DNA of 64,000 nt, taken from positions 1-64,000 of the IMG/VR virus record IMGVR_UViG_3300032291_003205. One strand, 5' to 3'. A program made the position numbers and the translations under genes. Under the pieces are notes generated by a model, which searched no databases, was not told where the DNA came from, and saw only the letters and a program-made list of their open reading frames with translations. Below are positions 59,035 through 64,000 of this stretch, one piece after another. Source of the stretch: a virus. The first letter of the stretch is position 1. Each line of letters begins with the position of its first letter.

Positions 59035-60863
59035 AACAAATTTAATAAAATCAGTAGAGACAAATGGAATCAATTGAAAAACATTTCTGATATGTTTGAA
59101 GTAGTTGGTTATCAATATGGTAAGAATGTTGTTTACAATGAAGTAAAAGTATGGTGTAGAGATAAGTGGGATAACATTAGATATAGTCACGTAGCAATTA
59201 ATGAAAACTGGTATTAATATGAAAAATAAAGCATTTAAAACAACAGTAGAACTAGGTTACAACGATGGTTTTCATATGACATTTGAGAACGGTTGCACTA
59301 TTAGCGTTCAGTTCGGCAAGCACACCTATAGTGATGCTGGTGAAACAACAGCAGAAGTAGCTGCTTGGGATAATCAAGGGAATTGGTTGATGACTGATGG
59401 AGAGAGATGGTTTGAGATTGTAGATGGAAGTGATGTTATGCCTCGTCAAACAGCAAGTGATGTTGCTAAATTAATCTACACTTTAAGTCAATGGTAATAT
59501 GGAAATAGATCAATATAGAAGAGTAGCATTAGAAATTATTCATGAATATTATTATGCACTGCCTAATAATGGTTCATTAAATCATGGGCTTATGAGCTGT
59601 GATAGACGTTATAAAGAAGCAATACAATGTGCTTTAATAGGTGTTAAACGACTTATTCTAACTTTAGAATTTATATCAACAGAATCAAATGATCCCAGGA
59701 TTATGAGCAGAATAAATATCTATGACAAGGTACAGGATGAATTATATAAAATGCAAGCCGATAATAGTAAAGTAACATTAGATGAACTTCCTAAAGTATT
59801 TAACAGCAATGAGCAACAATAAAATTAAAATTAAGTTTGAGTATTTTGAAAATATAGTAGAAATACTTCCTACAATTTATTACTACAGACAATCTTTTAG
59901 GGAAAGATTTGGGAAGGGTGTTATTGTAATAGGTTGGTTAAAATGGGGTATTGTAATTTATAAAACCAATGAGCAATAATATGAAAACAGTAAACATGAG
60001 TGAAGATGCATTAGGTAATGTATTTGAGGATTTAAATTTCTTATCTAGATTGATGGATGACATGGTTTCAGATTTACACAATGTAAAGGGCGGTCAACAA
60101 GCAAGACACAGTTATATGCTTTATAGAGAGTATATGTGGAAAATTAAAGCTGAATTGAAAAAAGGTATACAAGAAAAACCATGAGTAAATTAAGTAAAGA
60201 AATGATATTGCCTTTGGCATCAATGTTCACAGGTCCTTATACAGAAGAAGTAAAACAATCAATGGAATCATTTGATTGGAGTGAATCTAATTACTATAAT
60301 CCATCAACACCTAAAGGTCCAATGACTAAAAAGCAGGTTAAGGTTAGAAACAAAAATAAAGCCGCTCGTAAAGCTAGAAAGAAAAATAGGAAATAAGAGT
60401 TATGAATAAATGTAATTACTGTAATAAGGAAACACATAATTCTTGGAGTTATCACTCAATGATTTTGCCTCGTGAAGAAATGGAGCAAAAGATTGATAAA
60501 TGGGGTAGATTAAGTTGGTGGGAACATATGAAACGAACTGATTTAACTGAAGATGAAACCAAAGAACTAGAACAATTATCCTTTTATGACCAGATGCTTA
60601 ATACAGTAGGTAGAGGTTATCAGTGTGATGATTGTGCTAAATTAGAAAATAAATTATATAATAAGTACTATCCTGAACAATCTGGTTACCCTGAACAACC
60701 AGTATTCCCTTCAATTACTTTAAAAGAACGAATAGTAGGGGTATTAAAAATACATTCTATTGAAAAACCAGAAGATTGGTCTTACATCATCGAACAACGT
60801 GACTTTGAAGAATTAGCAGATAATTTAATAAAATGTTTTGAACAATTTGGAAGTTCAAAATAG
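59032..60863 (+). other. Operon of small hypothetical genes (59032, 59201/59219, 59499, 59809, 59969, 60181, 60402)
   Basis: ORF track; contiguous overlapping ORFs after the promoter. Confidence 0.7.
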
Positions 60864-60901
60864 GGTTCGTATATTGACGACATAAAGGAATTAAGATTAT
60901 G
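60847..60901 (+). promoter_or_regulatory. TTGG-N19-TATATT promoter
   Basis: tttggaagttcaaaatagggttcgtatattgacgacata. Confidence 0.85.
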
Positions 60902-61087
60902 GATAATAAAAACGATTTTCAAGTCTACGCTTTAGAATATGTAGATGCAGATACAAAAAATTATAGACATTGGGCAGAAGGATTAACATTGTACATTGTT
61001 AAAGATGGAGTTACAATGAAACTAAATTCAGAAGAAATTCAACAGGTAGCTAAAGCATTACCCGAAACAGTAGGAGGAAAATGGTAA
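60899..61087 (+). CDS. Hypothetical protein ending TVGGKW
   Basis: ORF track; AGGAGG near its 3' end. Confidence 0.65.
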   Translation: MDNKNDFQVYALEYVDADTKNYRHWAEGLTLYIVKDGVTMKLNSEEIQQVAKALPETVGGKW

Positions 61088-61293
61088 TGAGCAACAATAA
61101 ACAAACATCAGTAGAACAGTTATTCCATAAGCTATGGGATACACCAAAGGATAAATTCACTTGGTATGCTATATTAGAGGAGCATATGGCAATGCACAAA
61201 AAAGAATGTGTTAATTTATTGAACAAACACAACGATATTTTTTATACATCTGAGGACCATTACAATCAAACATTTGGAGATGATAAGCAATAA
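61087..61293 (+). CDS. MSNNKQTSV-family cassette protein ending QTFGDDKQ
   Basis: Divergent member of the MTNNKQQTA family. Confidence 0.7.
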   Translation: MSNNKQTSVEQLFHKLWDTPKDKFTWYAILEEHMAMHKKECVNLLNKHNDIFYTSEDHYNQTFGDDKQ

Positions 61294-61438
61294 AATAGAC
61301 AACACAATAGGAATGACATGGGACGAATATGGTAATCCAATTCCAGTTATGGATGATGAACAAGCTATTACTGAATATAATAAGATGGAAGAGGAATGGG
61401 AGATGGACAACTATAATGAAATGAAAGACGAACAATGA
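61280..61438 (+). CDS. Small acidic protein (52 aa)
   Basis: Manual translation. Confidence 0.5.
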   Translation: MISNKIDNTIGMTWDEYGNPIPVMDDEQAITEYNKMEEEWEMDNYNEMKDEQ

Positions 61439-61896
61439 AAGTTTATAGACACAAACTAACTAAGGCAATCATGAGCGAACATGATTACAATCATTTATCA
61501 AGTTATGAACAGCAACAAATGGAAGTAACAGATAGAGTAACAGTTGCCGAACTAGACCAAATGTCCCGAGAAACATCTTACTGGGTAAGCAAACCAAATG
61601 ATGGGGGAGAAAAATTGACAGGTGAGAATAATAATCCAGATAACACGGTGAAGGAGAAAACGTCGAAACAAAACAATACGGGAAAATATCCTGTTCCGGG
61701 TCAAATTTGGAAGCATTATAAGGGTGGACAGTATGAGATCATTGCAATGTGTAATCACACTGACACGGATGAGTCATTGGTGATTTATCGTTCATTGTCA
61801 TTTGGAGGTTATCATGCTAGACCATATAATGAATGGCATGATGAGGTATGGGATGGTTCTCTTTGTAAAACAAGATTTCAATTAGTATCATGGTAA
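61435..61896 (+). CDS. Protein with C-terminal DUF1653-like domain
   Basis: WKHYKGGQYEII...HTDTDE.LVIYRSL...ARP. Confidence 0.8.
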   Translation: MKVYRHKLTKAIMSEHDYNHLSSYEQQQMEVTDRVTVAELDQMSRETSYWVSKPNDGGEKLTGENNNPDNTVKEKTSKQNNTGKYPVPGQIWKHYKGGQYEIIAMCNHTDTDESLVIYRSLSFGGYHARPYNEWHDEVWDGSLCKTRFQLVSW

Positions 61897-62108
61897 CAAC
61901 ATTTATAGTACTGGCAATCATAGGTTGGTTAATCAATCTCATATTTGGGATAGGAACAATAGTGGATGGGTGGAGAAATAAGGATAAAAAGATGTTCGAA
62001 TTGGGTATATCGGTAACGGTAATAGGATTAATCTTTGGTTTAGTAACGGGATGGGTATTATTGGGGGGAGTGATTAAGGAAAAATATATTGATAAACGTT
62101 TTAAATAA
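61890..62108 (+). CDS. Small membrane protein
   Basis: Two hydrophobic segments. Confidence 0.65.
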   Translation: MVTTFIVLAIIGWLINLIFGIGTIVDGWRNKDKKMFELGISVTVIGLIFGLVTGWVLLGGVIKEKYIDKRFK

Positions 62109-62378
62109 AATGAGCATGTGGAAATTAATGAAGTTACTAAGTCTATTTAATGGGTTAAAAAGCATAATGCATGATTTAACACCGGATGAATTGGATGCAT
62201 TAATAGACGAGGTAGCACATGTGTATGAGCGCTACAAATAAGCACTAATGTAATTATTGCTTTACAATGTTTATGTCCAATCACGAACGGGTGACAAACA
62301 ATAACTATATAGATATACTAAGATACTGATATTTGTATTGTATGTGATAAACAGACGCAACGGTGGAGAACATGAGAT

Positions 62379-62400
62379 AAAAGGGGATGTAACCCCTTTT
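62379..62400. terminator. Terminator-like hairpin
   Basis: AAAAGGGG-atgtaa-CCCCTTTT. Confidence 0.5.
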
Positions 62401-62488
62401 CCTCGCGCCCACAACCTAGAGTACAAGTAAAGAAATATATACTATATCATTTAGAATCGCGACAAATGATAATTACTTTGCGATAGGG

Positions 62489-62526
62489 TTGGCTCCCCGA
62501 CCCCGGGTTCGTATATTGATGGTATG
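62489..62526 (+). promoter_or_regulatory. TTGG-N19-TATATT promoter, ATG at the predicted +1
   Basis: ttggctccccgaccccgggttcgtatattgatggtATG. Confidence 0.85.
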
Positions 62527-62805
62527 GAAGCAATAAAGGTTTTAAATTTAACTCAATTAGAGGAACAAGTATTAAGTAGTTTAATCGCCCAACTATATGC
62601 TGAGGCTGGATTCAGTGATGTTGATGCAAAGGACATTGCCCACCACATTAAAGTTGACATTAAGTCCGTCCGTGGGGCATTAGGTTCATTGGTGCGTAAA
62701 GGTATTATTGGTATTGATGGTAATGATTCAGGTTACCAAATCATATACTTGAATGAGGCACATTGGAACTTACACCCACAATGGAGTAAAGAAATTGCCC
62801 AATAA
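62524..62805 (+). CDS. Winged-helix-like protein
   Basis: LTQLEEQVL...KDIA...VRGALGSLVRKGII. Confidence 0.7.
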   Translation: MEAIKVLNLTQLEEQVLSSLIAQLYAEAGFSDVDAKDIAHHIKVDIKSVRGALGSLVRKGIIGIDGNDSGYQIIYLNEAHWNLHPQWSKEIAQ

Positions 62806-62807
62806 AT

Positions 62808-62860
62808 TTGGCTCCCCAAGAAACGATTCGTATATTCACGATATAGAAATAAAGGTTATG
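62808..62860 (+). promoter_or_regulatory. TTGG-N19-TATATT promoter plus leader
   Basis: tttggctccccaagaaacgattcgtatattcacgatatagaaataaaggttATG. Confidence 0.85.
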
Positions 62861-63052
62861 TTAGAAAAAATGGTAGGTCAAGTTGCGAGTGTTAACAATT
62901 CACCTACATTGAGTGCTAAGTTAATTAGTGTAGGTAATAAATGTGTATGGGAAGTAACTCCAAACCGTTACGGTGAGAGAGGTAATAACCGTGTGGGTGA
63001 GAAATTTACATTGCCAGCCTGGATTAGTGGTAACTGTTTCTGGGGAGTATAA
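62858..63052 (+). CDS. Hypothetical protein
   Basis: Start placed after the leader. Confidence 0.65.
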   Translation: MLEKMVGQVASVNNSPTLSAKLISVGNKCVWEVTPNRYGERGNNRVGEKFTLPAWISGNCFWGV

Positions 63053-63059
63053 TATAAAT

Positions 63060-63140
63060 AGTCAGGTGACAGAAAGTTATTGTCCAATTGCCGATAATGT
63101 AAGTGATTGCGAATTACAGGTTCGAATCCTGTCCTGACTA
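63060..63140 (+). tRNA. tRNA-like element with a non-canonical anticodon arm (identity unassignable)
   Basis: Acceptor AGTCAGG/CCTGACT; T-arm ACAGG-TTCGAAT-CCTGT; D-arm ACAG/TTGT; 7-bp stem with 11-nt loop. Confidence 0.7.
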
Positions 63141-63142
63141 CT

Positions 63143-63250
63143 ATGAAACAATTAATTAAACAAACCGTAATTGGAACCATGTACATGTTTGCCATTACCT
63201 CATTTATGGCGGTGGTAGTTGTTACCCTGTATACGTTGGCCGGACGTTAG
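63143..63250 (+). CDS. Small hydrophobic peptide (35 aa)
   Basis: MKQLIKQTVIGTMYMFAITSFMAVVVVTLYTLAGR. Confidence 0.45.
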   Translation: MKQLIKQTVIGTMYMFAITSFMAVVVVTLYTLAGR

Positions 63251-63522
63251 GACGGGGACGGGGGGTAGTACGTGGGTATGCCTGGCGGCATATATACCGC
63301 ATGTATACGTAATAGGATACCACGCGCGCCGTTGTCCATGCGGGCGTGTATATGGCGGAAAAGTGAATTAGCGTGAAAACTATATCGACTATAGGTACAA
63401 CCCATCGACAAATATATACGAATATACGATTATATACGATCCCCCACAATGCGATTGCGTTTCCATATAGGGAAATTTTTACGGAAAGCCGTAAAAGCGA
63501 TCCGAAAGTCTTTTAAAGAAAT

Positions 63523-63581
63523 TTGGCTATCGCAAGGTATATACGTATATTTATGTCATAATAATGATAATAAAGGTTATG
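63523..63581 (+). promoter_or_regulatory. TTGG-N19-TATATT promoter plus leader
   Basis: tttggctatcgcaaggtatatacgtatatttatgtcata...aataaaggttATG. Confidence 0.8.
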
Positions 63582-64000
63582 CAAGTTACAGAAAAAATAA
63601 ATCACTTTGGTAAAGAAATTGAGGTATTAAAAAAAGGTTTGTTTGTTGACACTATTAAATTGTCCAATAAACAGAGCGATTTAGCTAAAAAAGAAAACAA
63701 CGATTGTGTTGTTAGAGCATTTATGGCTGCTTTAGATATTCCATATGATCAAGCACACGCTTGGATTAAAAAGAGTATGAACCGTGAAGACCGTAAAGGT
63801 ACTTACACAGGTCAAGCCATTCAAAAAGTTGAAGGTAAAATAAAAAATGGTTATAAGCTTAGTTTTATGGGTGTAAACCCCGCTAAAACACATTGGAAAA
63901 AAATGACCGGAAGTAATAAAGTATTAACTAACCCAAAATATAAAAAACAAACAGGATATACATTAAAGTCATTTATGGAAAATAATCCAGTTGGTCGTTT
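63579..64000 (+). CDS. Partial conserved phage protein with NDCVVRA motif
   Basis: Open to the window end; ENNDCVVRAFMAALDIPY. Confidence 0.75.
   Translation, partial: MQVTEKINHFGKEIEVLKKGLFVDTIKLSNKQSDLAKKENNDCVVRAFMAALDIPYDQAHAWIKKSMNREDRKGTYTGQAIQKVEGKIKNGYKLSFMGVNPAKTHWKKMTGSNKVLTNPKYKKQTGYTLKSFMENNPVGR

Overview
A 64 kb segment of a large, AT-rich tailed dsDNA phage genome. All supported genes lie on the + strand and read in the standard genetic code. The host is most likely a Bacteroidota species, based on -33/-7 type promoters, the general absence of Shine-Dalgarno (SD) sites and a protein with a T9SS-like C-terminus. Gene order: (1) end of a micro-gene cassette array; (2) T4-like replication block (dCTP deaminase/dUTPase family, PolB, probable clamp, GroES/GroEL, clamp loader, PD-(D/E)XK nuclease) with free-standing GIY-YIG/HNH endonucleases; (3) an ~11 kb glycan-biosynthesis island (GT4 x2, GT2 x2, GT10-like, APS kinase, HxGH nucleotidyltransferase, DUF2061, His-type sugar 3-dehydratase, split transketolase-like pair, epimerase, methyltransferase); (4) TraR/DksA-like, lytic transglycosylase and putative internal head proteins; (5) ~12 kb of modular LamG/glycine-rich virion proteins; (6) ThyA and many small accessory genes, an RNA ligase in two pieces, and a tRNA-like element. 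The most unusual signals are: unrelated micro-genes joined by a conserved ~24-nt SD-bearing junction (ACCTAYGGAGG..GTGAGYAATGA), with the array nested inside the split RNA ligase; T-poor, C/A-rich codon patches at the module boundaries of the LamG proteins; a gene fission by a TAATG stop-start at a module linker; and 17 promoter copies with fixed TTGG-N19-TATATT geometry, several predicting leaderless mRNAs. All functional calls come from motif recognition by eye; no database searches were run.
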